From: Utricularia gibba
Lineage: Eukaryota; Plantae; Magnoliophyta
Assembly: GCA_002189035.1 (NCBI GenBank)
Contig: NEEC01000016.1
Location: forward strand, 434,001-498,000
Length of the DNA stretch: 64,000 nt
Direction of reading: 5' to 3'
Shown here in pieces: positions 22,808-34,599 of the stretch. The position numbers were made by a program, and so were the translations under genes. The first letter of the stretch is position 1; each line of letters starts with the position of its first letter. The notes beneath the pieces were generated by a model. That model had not been told where the DNA came from and did no database searches. It was given only the letters and a program-made list of their open reading frames with translations.

Positions 22808-23968
22808 CGTTCCTCCTAGCCAACTTTCAAATCACTCCCACCAAAAGGAATCCCCTTCCCCCAAATTCAAGCAAATTCCAAACCAATTCTCCTTTCACTT
22901 TTCTTTTCCCACTCTCCGCCAATCATAATAACTCGAAAGAATATTCTACATAATCGATCCGACCAGCCCCTGGAACAACCTGATCATACTAGAAAATAAA
23001 AAAGCATCATGATCAAAAAAGCTGACAAACGATACAAATTCACTCATGATCTAACGCGACTACGCAAACTTGTGCGTGTCTTCGCAATGGGCATAAAGAG
23101 GCAACATCCAAGTAAGATCAATACCTCGAATTCGATCTCCATTAACCACCAGAATCAACATCTAATGGGAATTCGGGGCACTCACGGTTCATGTGATGAA
23201 ATGGAGACGCTCCAACTCTGGTATCCAGAGAGATCCGAAAAGGGTGGGAAGAAAAAAAGGGAAAACAAACCCACGTTGACGAAACAAAAAAAAAATTAAA
23301 AATATATTTATTAATTCCAGTTGTTATTTTCTTGCTATTTTTAACAGTTCAAAATCAGAAAAAAATGTTATTTTAAAAATCGTATATTATAAACATCATT
23401 GTTTGAAAGTGCAAGCCGTACGGTTCAGAGGTTCAAACGATTAAAAAATAATTTAATTTATTCGAATTTTAAAAAATATTACAATTGAAATTAAATAATA
23501 TTAAATAAAACAAAAGATGATTTTAAATAAATTCATACCCACAATTAGAAAAAAACTCATACAATTCTAAATTTATGTAAACTCAAAAAATAACTATAAT
23601 ATAACGTATAATTTTATCATTAAATTAATTAGTCTTATCCATCTAAGATCACTTATAAATTTAAATATTCATACATTCTCTTTTATACATTAAGACAAAA
23701 AAATACATTACAAATGATTAAATTTCTTACACAAGTCACCTTAAATGTCTAGATTTCTACATGAGGTGAAAAAAACCTGTAATACAAATGGCATATGCAG
23801 AAACTTGTTTGTTTTAATGCATCTCTTGTCTCTGCAGATTACAATAAGAATACAAATATACGCAGGAAGCAAGCTTGTGTCACCACAACATGGCACATCA
23901 AGAATGTAACTGTGAAAATTGAGGGGAAAAGGGGCGCTAGAAAGAGAGGAGGAGATTCACCTGCTCAT

Positions 23969-26900
23969 TCAGAAAAAGATTGCTGTTGGGTTTCCTGGAG
24001 ATGGCGGATTGGAGTTCAGCACAGAGGCATGGTCTCCTGCCCGAGAGACAGCATCTGCATCGGCTGCTGAGAGAACCTCCACACGGTCCAGCCCCAACTG
24101 CCGTGCAATCAGTTCTACATTTTCGCTGAGAACCTGGATTTCTCCAAAAGGCAACCTGAGGTCTAGTGACTGGACTCCGACAGTTTTAACTTCATCCTTT
24201 TTGAATCTTAAAAAGGGCATGCAGAGCTTCTGTATCTGCTTGAAGTTGGAGGATTGGCCAATTTCGCTTTTCTGCAACTCCAGGAGGATCTCTCCATCAG
24301 GTGCAAAAGCTCCTGTGGAAGCATCAAACTTCGTTTGGAGTATCCTGAGGCATTCCTTTTTCCACCCATCAAACTGCTCATTCACAAATATCAAGCCAAC
24401 TGATGGCTTAGTTTGGGCATTTGATGTGTTTAGTTTACCCTTCTTTGACCCTGTCACCTGCTTTTGCATGAGTTTCCGCATAGAGATGATCGTATCCTGC
24501 AAATATGTATTCGCCTTTTTTAGGGTGAAATCGGGGTTTCCTGCTTCTGGCCATCCTGCTTTGACCACAAAGCCATCCTTCCTCAACAACTCTCTCCAGA
24601 CATGCTCAGCATAATGTGGGCAGATTGGGGCGATGAGACGAGTCTGAACATCCATGAATCTCCATAATAAATCACGCCTCATTCCTCCAGAACCACAAGA
24701 CAGCCTGTACTCATCTCTGGCGGCCTGAAGGTCATAGAAACCACTTTTAAGTGCTTCTCGGAACATGTATTCACTGTAGTTTTTCTCAGTCACTTGGATT
24801 GCTATATTAATTTCATTTGCAAACACAAGATCAGCATAAGTTGATGGAGACGATTCTCGTAAAGATGACTCCACAGAAATGACTTCCTCCATCCATGTAA
24901 GTTCTTTGGTAAGACGCAAGATTGCAGCATTAGCAGTATCAAAAACAAAGTTGGCATCATCCATCCCATCACCAGCATCAGCCAGTGCGAATCTTGTGGC
25001 ATCAGCTGAAAAATCTTCAATTGCTTGGCGAAGAGTCTTGAAGTTCCCCTTTGATTTTGACATCTTTTCTGAATTCACCATAATAAGCCCATTGCACCGG
25101 AAGCCCAGAGGCCAGTGACGCTTTGGGAAGATTGCAGTGTGATTATATATACAGAATGTAAGATGATTCTGTATAAGATCCTTCCCAGATACTCTGAGAT
25201 CAAACGGGTACCAATACTCAAATTCTTGCTTCATCTTATTCAGGACAGAAGATGATATGTCCGAAGACTTGGGGTATGGACCACCAATAAACAAGAAATC
25301 CCACACCTCATCTGTCAGCTGCTCTGGTTTTATATTAGACCTATCACCTCCATACATGTCCCCTTTTTGCAGTATATGAGCCACCGTGTAATAAGCCATA
25401 TAAATAGTAGAATCCGACAAGGACTCAACCAGAAAACCTTCATCCCATGGAATACGAGTGCCAAGACCAAAATTACGCGAGCAAGCCCACTGATTCAACC
25501 AGCTCAAGGTGTGTTCAAAGCCATGTCGAGACTCTTCCGAGTAAACGTTCATCGATGCTAAGCATTCCTCTGCAGCTTTCCTCCACTCTGCCTCTCCATA
25601 AGTGATGTACCATTGATCAGTCAAAGCCACAACACACTCATCCCTAGACCTTGATATGACCTTCTTCTCAGGTTCACTGTATACCACAGCAAGGCCCAAA
25701 TCTAGAAGCTGATTCTTTATTAAACCTTTGGCCTCCTGAACTTTCATTCCAGTAAACTCACCAACAAGCATTGTTCCCTCATAGAAACCACCTTTATAGA
25801 TTATTTTCTTGGCATCATCAAGCTTTTCCCTATCATTCTGACTTACAATTTTTTTCTCTATACAAATTCTCTCAGCAGATCTATCCCCAAAGTCCGGATG
25901 GTGAATTATAGGTATAATTTCAAATGGTAAAACCCATTCATCCTTCACTCCATATTTTGCTCTGAGAGGTGCTTTTGCTTTCAAATCATGAAGGGCCATA
26001 TAATCATCTGGTGAATCACTTGGAACACTGGTGACTATTCCTGTACCCTTATCAGTGAGAACGGACATCATAGGCAGGGTATATATAACATCATTGAATG
26101 CTAAGGGCGATTTTAGTGGCAAACCTATCAGATCTTGACCAGTTAACTTAACCAGACAACTAACTTTCTCGGGAAAACGGGATAGCTTCTGATAAGCCAA
26201 ATTTCGTGCTGCCCTTTCTGTTAAGATGAAAACATCAGTATCATTGATTTCAAAAGCCCCATATTCTCCATCAGGAAGTACCCAGCAATTTGTTTGACCA
26301 TACATAGTCTCGGGCCTCAATGTGGCTGCAGCTAGGTACACTTTCCTCACCTGCAAACTGCTCAACTTTTGAGGAAAAGGAGAAATTACTTCCATTTTTA
26401 TGAGTGTGTATTCCTGAGGAATAACACCTTCCCCAGAAGCCCTATCATGGTCTGCGCATGGCTGACCATCCAAAGGTGAATATATGGTATATCGTAAGTC
26501 CTTGACAATCTTGCCCATATCTTTCAGTTTTCGCATTTGCCACCTAACGAATGAATCAAAATATGGATTCATGTCCGTTGTTATAAAAGTTCTGCGCCAG
26601 TCACATCCCAATCCAAAAGCCTTCAAATCCTCTAGGGCCAGAGGAGGAAAAAAGGTTAACCAATGGTACGGGTTGGTGAACTTTGTTATCTCCTCATCGG
26701 ACAAACCATTACTTTGCATAATTTCCCACTGGGACAGGATGCCACCAGACTTAGCAACAGCCTTTGACTTTTTACTCTTAAAATTACCAGGAGGCTGAGT
26801 CTGATCACCTTCTCTTTGACCCTCTACCTTTTCCTCTGATTCACCATTTTCGTCCTCCTTGAACACAGGTGGATTTCCGTACTTTTCAATCTCCCGGGTA

Positions 26901-27214
26901 AGTCTGTCTGCCGAAGCCTTGATGGGCATTCCAGTGCAATGGAAACCAAATGGCAAGAGCGAATTTGCTCCCCTCAGTCTATGGTATGCAGCAGCAAATT
27001 CGAGCTTCGAAAGGGAGAAGGCATGGCCCAAATGAAGATACCCATTCATGTAAGGGAATGGGAAATTACCAAAGAACTTTTCACCAGGCTTTGGAGCAGA
27101 ATCCCTTGCCTCAGCTTCAAAAACACCATTCTCAGCCCATAACTTCTGTGCTTGTGACTCAATCAACAAAAGACGATCTCTTCGAGCAAAACTCCTTTCA
27201 CCTCCTTCAGCCAT
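23969..27214 (-). CDS. LeuRS: Cytosolic leucyl-tRNA synthetase, single coding exon
   Basis: FPFPYMNGYLHLGH (HIGH-type), CP1 editing domain (TLRPET, GTGIVTSVPSDSPDD), KMSKS; ATG at 27214 (MAEGGERSF); upstream ORF extension lies in a 5' UTR intron (27346-27240). Confidence 0.98.
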   Translation of the reverse strand: MAEGGERSFARRDRLLLIESQAQKLWAENGVFEAEARDSAPKPGEKFFGNFPFPYMNGYLHLGHAFSLSKLEFAAAYHRLRGANSLLPFGFHCTGMPIKASADRLTREIEKYGNPPVFKEDENGESEEKVEGQREGDQTQPPGNFKSKKSKAVAKSGGILSQWEIMQSNGLSDEEITKFTNPYHWLTFFPPLALEDLKAFGLGCDWRRTFITTDMNPYFDSFVRWQMRKLKDMGKIVKDLRYTIYSPLDGQPCADHDRASGEGVIPQEYTLIKMEVISPFPQKLSSLQVRKVYLAAATLRPETMYGQTNCWVLPDGEYGAFEINDTDVFILTERAARNLAYQKLSRFPEKVSCLVKLTGQDLIGLPLKSPLAFNDVIYTLPMMSVLTDKGTGIVTSVPSDSPDDYMALHDLKAKAPLRAKYGVKDEWVLPFEIIPIIHHPDFGDRSAERICIEKKIVSQNDREKLDDAKKIIYKGGFYEGTMLVGEFTGMKVQEAKGLIKNQLLDLGLAVVYSEPEKKVISRSRDECVVALTDQWYITYGEAEWRKAAEECLASMNVYSEESRHGFEHTLSWLNQWACSRNFGLGTRIPWDEGFLVESLSDSTIYMAYYTVAHILQKGDMYGGDRSNIKPEQLTDEVWDFLFIGGPYPKSSDISSSVLNKMKQEFEYWYPFDLRVSGKDLIQNHLTFCIYNHTAIFPKRHWPLGFRCNGLIMVNSEKMSKSKGNFKTLRQAIEDFSADATRFALADAGDGMDDANFVFDTANAAILRLTKELTWMEEVISVESSLRESSPSTYADLVFANEINIAIQVTEKNYSEYMFREALKSGFYDLQAARDEYRLSCGSGGMRRDLLWRFMDVQTRLIAPICPHYAEHVWRELLRKDGFVVKAGWPEAGNPDFTLKKANTYLQDTIISMRKLMQKQVTGSKKGKLNTSNAQTKPSVGLIFVNEQFDGWKKECLRILQTKFDASTGAFAPDGEILLELQKSEIGQSSNFKQIQKLCMPFLRFKKDEVKTVGVQSLDLRLPFGEIQVLSENVELIARQLGLDRVEVLSAADADAVSRAGDHASVLNSNPPSPGNPTAIFF

Positions 27215-27511
27215 TTCTTTGCCAAAACACTCACAAACGCTACAAAATTCGACGCAGGAAAATAAATCATCACACAAGACAATCCATTTATTTTTAAACG
27301 CAACGTGAGCCAAACAAATCAATAGAGAGCTGAGTCATCGAATAACCTTGATTCCGCCCGAATGAAGTTAAAAAACGAGCAACTACTAGAAACGAAGATC
27401 CTGGGCCGATGAATTGAGGGTCGCCGGCGTATATATAGAGCCGCCACAGCTAAAACCAGCGCAGCGGCGGAAATCAGTTTGAACTTCTTCCTTGGAACAG
27501 AGAAAGCCAAT

Positions 27512-27519
27512 TAGGGTTT
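27512..27519 (-). promoter_or_regulatory. Telo-box upstream of LeuRS
   Basis: AAACCCTA on the minus strand, upstream of a TATA-like CTATATATAC at ~27428-27437. Confidence 0.55.
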
Positions 27520-27887
27520 CCCACACATACTACACGTCGCTTTCCACCACGACGGCTCAATTTTTAAAATATTAAAAATAAACAATACCTAATAAATGAA
27601 AAAAAAAAAGCTAAATACATCTATTACTAATTATGCTGTAATAAAACATACTCCTTTTAATTTAATTATATTCATTTTATTATAAATTAATAAAATATAA
27701 TCCCTTTTTTTAATCTACTTCTGCTGTATAGTACAGTAAACAGTTTACATGTCTTGTTCCAGAACTTGACACCAAACCAAAGAGCTACAAGGAAAGAATG
27801 AATCAATAGCTGCACTCCCACTCATCTGCAGTCTTCATATCAGCTGCCAAACCTGATATCTGAGAATCATGATGGCTGGAATTGCAT

Positions 27888-29830
27888 TCATGATAACCAC
27901 CACCATCGCTTCTTCTTCTTCCTGTGAACAGCTAGCCGTCTCTCCACCTCAGGGAACTCTAGAAACCAGAAACAGGCGGTGGGTTGGTAAGAGGCTAAGA
28001 GTAACCATGTTCAGGGATTGATCTGGTGTCTGTAAAGTTTACCAGAAGGGGGTGAATGGGTGTTTACCTCCAGAAGGGTAAATTGAATTGTAATGCACTT
28101 CAGCCCAGAAGCTCAAGAATATAACTGCAAGGAAGAAAGGAGCTTCAGTGGGGTGAGGAGAAGTCACTTGTAATGAAATAAACAGGTGATGCAGCTAATC
28201 TTGTAATGGCTACGAGTCAAGAATCGTTGATATAAAAGGATGATTTGCTTTGTGTTCATCCTATGTTTAGAAAGCATTCCGTGTTGCACCCAGCATGTCA
28301 TGATGCAAGAAGATAAGCAACAGATTGTGAAAGAACACTTGCTTCTATTTGTCTTCTGAGAAGCTGGAAGAATCTCGATGTAGCAAGTATCCTTGAATGA
28401 TGTAAGGACGAAGATCTTCGTACCAAACTGCAAGAATAAGGATATGGGCATGTTTGAATGTCGATCGCAGACGTTACAAAAGAAATATGATCAGCTTTCT
28501 GCACTCAACGGCAAGATAAACATGATGTGAACGATGTAGATGGAAACTGTACCCAATCAGCAGCAGCCTGCAGTGTGACATGATCACCCCATTCCCCGTC
28601 TCTGTGGCAGTGCAGACAGATAAATGTACAGATTCAGTTTAATGGAAGTATTTCTATAAGTACCGTACCTGCTCATTTTCTCCAAGTAGTCATCGTAAGC
28701 CATAGGGACGTAATTTGCGTACAACTCTGGCTGCAGCTCCAGCTGATGAGATAGAAAATAGCAGCATGCTAAAGGGAATAAAATTTCAAAAATATGAAAT
28801 TTGAAATTTTAAGAAAATGCAGCATATAAAACTCAACCTGTTTAACTACTTGTTCCCTCACCAATCTGTGGTGATCTGGGGTTCGATAAATTTGATCGGA
28901 TAATGAACGAAACTGCAAAAACTCCTTCAGTCACCTTCTTTCCGAAAAAAAAAAAACAGAAGAGCCAATGCTGAAAAATGTCAGCAAAATAACCTGACAA
29001 TTGCCATCCCCTGAAATCTGCAGTTCAACTAAGTCATATAGCTTCAATCTGGAATTACACACATTAAAAAATGAAAGTTTGATTTAAGGGGTAAATGGAT
29101 TGCATATAAATATCTGTGTAAGATTTTCTAAAGAAGCACAATACTAAAGCATCAAAAGGGGGAGGATAACTGGTATACAAACCTACTCAACAGTCTCTCA
29201 TGATCTGATATGGCCTCGTCAGCAGATGGTATTTCTCCATTAGTTTTTAGCACATGCTGCACGATCAAGAAAAAATTATTCATCCAAGAATGGTGGAAAA
29301 GTATCTCACTAACTGTTAACTAAAACAAATAAACATACCCGGATGGGAATCATTTGATTTAGCCTTTTACCCAATTCACCATCAAGAACAGATTCATCAA
29401 CTATCTCTGGCATTTGATCTGGGTCTTCAATTCCAGAATATTCTTCCGAAGAAAATGATTCAACTTTTCCAGCTTCTTCCAGATTACCCTGGGTAGATAG
29501 TGAGGGACCTTGCCAATTCTGAGCAAGAACAGAATCTTTTTTATGTTGCTCTGCAGAAGAAATGCACCCTGCTGCTTCTGCAGCATCAAGCATCGAAAGT
29601 TCTTCCTGAAGAGCATAGGCAAGTACTTCATCATTCGCCAGAGTTGATGATGTTGCGCCTTCATCACTATAAAGAGCTGGAGGTATTGAATCACAGAAGT
29701 ATTCTCTCACGGACTCTGTCCTCGACAAATCCTTTTCATAACAGGTAACAATTTGCGGAGAAGGCGTCGCAGGTAATAAGTCAATCTGGTGCAAACCCCA
29801 CCGAACAACATCAGGGTCCAGCTCACACAT
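27888..29830 (-). CDS. OTU-domain deubiquitinase (plant OTU9-12 group), 8 coding exons
   Basis: DPDVVRWGLH N-terminus, GDGNCQ|FRSLSDQ (catalytic Cys), GEWGDHVTLQAAAD, SFWAEVHYNSIY (catalytic His), KKKKRWWWLS*. Confidence 0.95.
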
Positions 29831-31200
29831 ATTTGACTTCTCGGATTCAACCTTTGAAAAAACTCGATCAGTACCCTATTGGGAAACTAAGCTTCTCATG
29901 CAGCAAGCTTGCCTTTCTGCAGGTAAAGGAGGAGAAGATTAGACAAGGAACCAGAAGAGGGTAGATGAGAGAATACGATGAAAAAACGAACCAAGTCAAC
30001 AATTCAATCCAATGCCTAGGAAAGAAATACTGATCGCAATCAGTAGGTTTTTAATGAATCTAGGAAAGAAAATTGCATGTGATGATCCCAACACATCTGA
30101 AACAAATAGAACTAGATTCATTCGCAAAAAGAGAAAAGAACCAGATATCATGAACTGCAAGTGCCCCAACCCATGAAGAAACAACACGACTACCCACAAA
30201 ACACAAATACCCATAATCAAATCAATATATCACAGAGCCAGAAGAACTATCAAACAAAATGATGAACTTCATACCGGGCAGGTAAACGGCGGTTAAGAAA
30301 GAGACCAATCACGGTCTTTTTCGAATCAACAGCAATCAGGATCAGCAACGGGTATCTCAAAGATATAATTTTTACAATTACACGTGATTGAATTCGCCAT
30401 TGGGCTATCGTCAATCTCATAAAGCAACACAATAAATGCTCGTTGAAATCTGCATCAACAATACAAAAACCGGATCCTGCGCGTTTTCCAACCAGACACA
30501 GGGATGAACGAGAAACGCATCGCACTGAGATTATTCCCAACCTAACCAACAAATTGTGAAACAATCAGAAATCAGGAAATCAAGCAAGCGCGAGGATCAA
30601 GCTGAGATTTCAAAGACGTCGGTGGAAAAGTACGCATGTGAATAATCTATTCTATATTTAATCATAAAAAATGAGTTTCTATTTAAAAGCATACAAAAAA
30701 ACTGCCGAAAATTAAAAAAATAAAATAAAAAGTAAGCGAGAGCAATTTCGAATTTCCACAAGAATGTGGGCGCTACTGCAATTATAGCAAATTTGGGGTC
30801 TGATGGCAAGTTTCAAATTCCAATAAGGTAGTGGTAATGAAAGTAAATACTATAAAGATTAACGAAGCAAGTGATTTTTAGTACTATTAGTATAAATAGA
30901 AAATTGATCGATAATAATTTTTTTGAATTGTCAATTGAATTAAAATCATATGATTTGATTTTGATTCTCATTCCGTCTAAACTTCGATATCTTGATTCGA
31001 AGCAAAAATCGTAATCGTGATTTATAAACTATCGGTGTCATAGAATTGATGGGTTTCGAAGCCGAGCACTAATTCTAATTGCTAACTATGGATGTAGATA
31101 TTTTTTTGGGTGATTTTCATAAATTCGTAAGATAGCACTGTAATTCTCAAAAGTTTTGGGACCATTTCGTAATTTTCCGTGTTAATCCTGGAAAATTCAT

Positions 31201-31208
31201 AAACCCTA
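31201..31208 (+). promoter_or_regulatory. Telo-box upstream of the rPPR4-like gene
   Basis: Exact AAACCCTA about 290 bp upstream of the ATG. Confidence 0.45.
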
Positions 31209-31490
31209 GTGTTGTGAACTCATCCCCCCGTCATATTGGTGTTTTTTTCCTTTCCATTCCCAGATTCTTCGCTTTCATTTCGTTTCTTGAAGTGTTGTTG
31301 CAATGATGTGCGACTTGATTTTGCAGTAGTCATTACTCTTAGGATGCTGGAGTTTCTGCATTGTTGAGGTTCTGGTCTCCAGTGCTGTTATGGTGTGTTA
31401 AATCTGAATCTGAGTTGATTCGTGTTCTTCGGTGGTGTTTTGTTCCGCTCAATCAAATTCATTTGCGAAGAAAGAGGATTCGAAGAAGGG

Positions 31491-33353
31491 ATGGCGTCTT
31501 CGTTTATGCAGCAGTTTGGAAATAAGAAGCTTATAGGGAAGCGCTCACTGAAGAAGTATTTGGGCGAGGCGCTATACAAGAATCTGCTGAAGGACGGTGG
31601 AGAAGAGCGGAGTGTTAGGGGGAATCTGAATCAGTTTATCAAGTCTCGTAAAAGTGCTTACAAATGGGAAGTTGGCCACACACTCAAGGTGCTACGCAGT
31701 CGTAAGCTTTATCGCCCTGCGCTCAAGGTACTGAATCACCGATCTCTCGAGATATAGATTTTGGATTCATTTGATGATAAGTCCCATTTTAATATTGAGG
31801 TTGTCTGGTTTCCAGTTGTATTTAGCACAATGTTGATGCTGAATGTTTACCTTTTTAATGCCCGAGAAGGAATTCACTGTCATGTTTATGTGACTGGCTT
31901 TCCATGCTGCTCTTGTTTCTCTTTTTGTGAATCTATGTTTATATATCACCAACTCCTAATTTTGAACCTAGGAGAAGACAAATTTGTAGCCGTTGCAATG
32001 AGCATATGCCTTTCTGCTCGTTTGCGTTCATAGACTCCTTGAGTGTTGTGCCCTTTTTGTTGCTATTTTCCACTAAAAGGGTTTTTTTGGCAGCTTTCAG
32101 AGACAATGCAGAAAAGAGGAATGAACAAGACAGTCAGTGATAAAGCAATACACCTTGACCTGGTTGCAAAGAGTGGTGGCATAATTGCTGCAGAAACCTA
32201 CTTCATCAATTTGCCCGAATCTGCAAAAACTCATCACACTTACGGTGCTCTTCTAAATTGCTATTGCAAAGAATTAATGATAGAAAAGGCACAAGGTTTA
32301 TTTGAGAAGATGAAAGAACTGAACTCGGAACTGAGTTCTTTGTCATATAACAGTGTCATGGACCTTTACTCAAAGTGTAAGATGCCACAGATGATACCTG
32401 CATTAATCCAGGAAATGAAGACTGGTGATATCATGCTTGACACCTGCTCTTACAATCTCTGGATGAGAGCTCTTGCTGCTTCGGGTGATATTTCTGGTGT
32501 AGAAAGAGTAATCGATGAAATGAAGAGAGATGGTCGTGTCACCCCTGACTGGACAACCTACAGTAACTTAGCATCTATATATATCAAGTTTGGCTCATTT
32601 GACAAGGCCGAGAAGGCACTCAAGGAACTTGAGAACAAAAATTCCCATAAAGATCTCTCAGCTTATCAGTTTCTGATTACACTATATGGACGCACAGGAA
32701 ACCTGCGTGAAGTATACCGGATATGGCGTTCACTGAAGTTAGCTTTTCCAAAGACTGCAAACATTAGCTACCTTAATATGATTCAAGTGCTGGTCAGCCT
32801 GGAGGACTTGCCGGGTGCCGAGAAGTGTTTTGAGGAATGGTCCTCAAGTTGCTCAACTTATGACATTCGCATTGTGAATGTCCTTATTGGAGCTTATCTC
32901 AGAGAAGGCTTACCAGAGAAGGCAAAAGAGCTGAAGACACAAGCTCAGAAGAAGGGATCAAAACCAAACGCCAAGACGTACGAGTTATACATTGACTACT
33001 ACATGAACAAAGGCAACATGAGCGCAGCTGTGGACTGTCTGGAAAATGCCATTTCCTTAGGCAGAGGCAATGGAACCAAGTTCACTCTCTCTCAACCCAG
33101 TGTCAGGAAAATGATGCAGCATTTTGAAGAACACAAAGATGTGAATGGGGCTGAAAGATTCTTGGAGGTTTTGAAGAAGTCCAAGGATGAATTGGAGGCA
33201 GAGCTACTGGAATCTCTGATTCGAACGTATGCATCCGCCGGGAAGAAGAGTGCAGCAATGCGACGGCGGATCAAGATGGAGAGGGTGGAACTCAGCCAGG
33301 AGGGTCAGAAGTTGCTGAACGAAATCAGCCCAGAGATGACCAAAGAAGCATGA
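31491..33353 (+). CDS. rPPR4: P-class PPR protein, At1g60770-like (mitoribosomal rPPR4/mL101); exons 31491-31727 and 32094-33353
   Basis: KWEVGHTLK..YRPALK|LSETMQKRGMNKTVSD-x-AIHLDLVAK, TYGALLNCYCKEL, DWTTYSNLASIY, AMRRRIKME-x-VE match the recalled At1g60770 sequence closely. Confidence 0.88.
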
Positions 33354-34599
33354 AATGCATTTGTCTGGGGCGTCATTTGCCTCTGGCTCAACCAAGTTAG
33401 TATCTGCTTCACGGTTGCAGTGTTCATTTTTTTCCAGTTACGTTTTATAAATCACACTGCTGAGAGGAACACAAGAAATAACATTTTTAAAAATTGGACT
33501 TGATTCATTTTTTAAAATAAATTGAAATAAATTCAAGATTATAAAAAATGATAATTATTATCGAAATTCCATATTTTTAAATTTCTTTTTTGTTTTATTT
33601 TTCTTTTAAAATTATTAAATTGTGTTGAAAAGATCATAGATTCTAAGAATCGGACTTAATTTTGGGTATATTGTAGCTTTAAAAAAAATAGTAAATGTTA
33701 AATTTTTGAATAAGTGATTAGAAATTGTTAAAATTTTTGCTGTAAAAATCAGTTAACTAAATAAACAAACCTAGCACACCCAAATGGCAAGCTCCTCTTC
33801 TGAAAAACCCTAGAAAAATTGGATTGATTCATCGGGAACTCGGCCTACAGAGCAATCGCCGTAGTACAATTTTAATCTCCAACTGTCGAGGGTGCTGAAC
33901 TCCAGGACCCTGATGCGCGACGGGAGATTGAATCGAATATTTTTGCTATTTTTCTTATGAAGCTTAATTGTCAATGTGAGTTCATGCTATAAATAAAAAT
34001 TAAATAAAGATTGTTTTGTAGTCCCCTGCGAGCCTAGGGGGCTCAAAAGTGTCGATTTTTCTGGGGGTGGCGAAATTTGGGTTGTACCCGAGAAGGATTT
34101 GCGGTTTCACAAACAAGGTAATTGTGCTTCCTTATTTGCAATGTAATTTGATTTGAAATCTGGCGTAGAACAGTTTTACGATTCTGTTGAAATTCTGTGA
34201 CGGAGTTCTGGAAACTCATTTTGTGATAAGCGATTGTTTAAAATTCGATAATCTCTGCTCGTTACTTGTTTCTTTTGTAGAAGTGCCGTGGGCTGCGTTC
34301 TGTTGTCTGATTTGGCGAAAGGGGATTGTTAGTTTTCGATAAACTCTTGAAAGTTTTGCGTGGTTCTTTTGGTTGAAGGATAAATCATATAAATCCTGTT
34401 AAAACGTTGTCATTTTTTTAGTTTACTGCATACTTTTCAACAGTGTGATATTAGGGTTCCTGGGTTTTCGCGATTTTTATGATGAGAACGATTGTTGCTG
34501 AAGTGGGTATTATTTATTGTGAAGGATGAATATGACTGAGAAACTCTTGCCAGGAGGACTTAGTCTTGAAGCAAGCCATTGAAGTCAAGGGTGAAGAAA

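Noticed and set aside
23969-27214. LeuRS as a retrocopy because the CDS lacks introns
   Set aside because: Candidate introns exist in both UTRs, promoter elements are present and all catalytic motifs are intact.
23919-27297. Several plus-strand ORFs up to 231 aa over LeuRS
   Set aside because: Antisense frames of a long conserved CDS with no family features.
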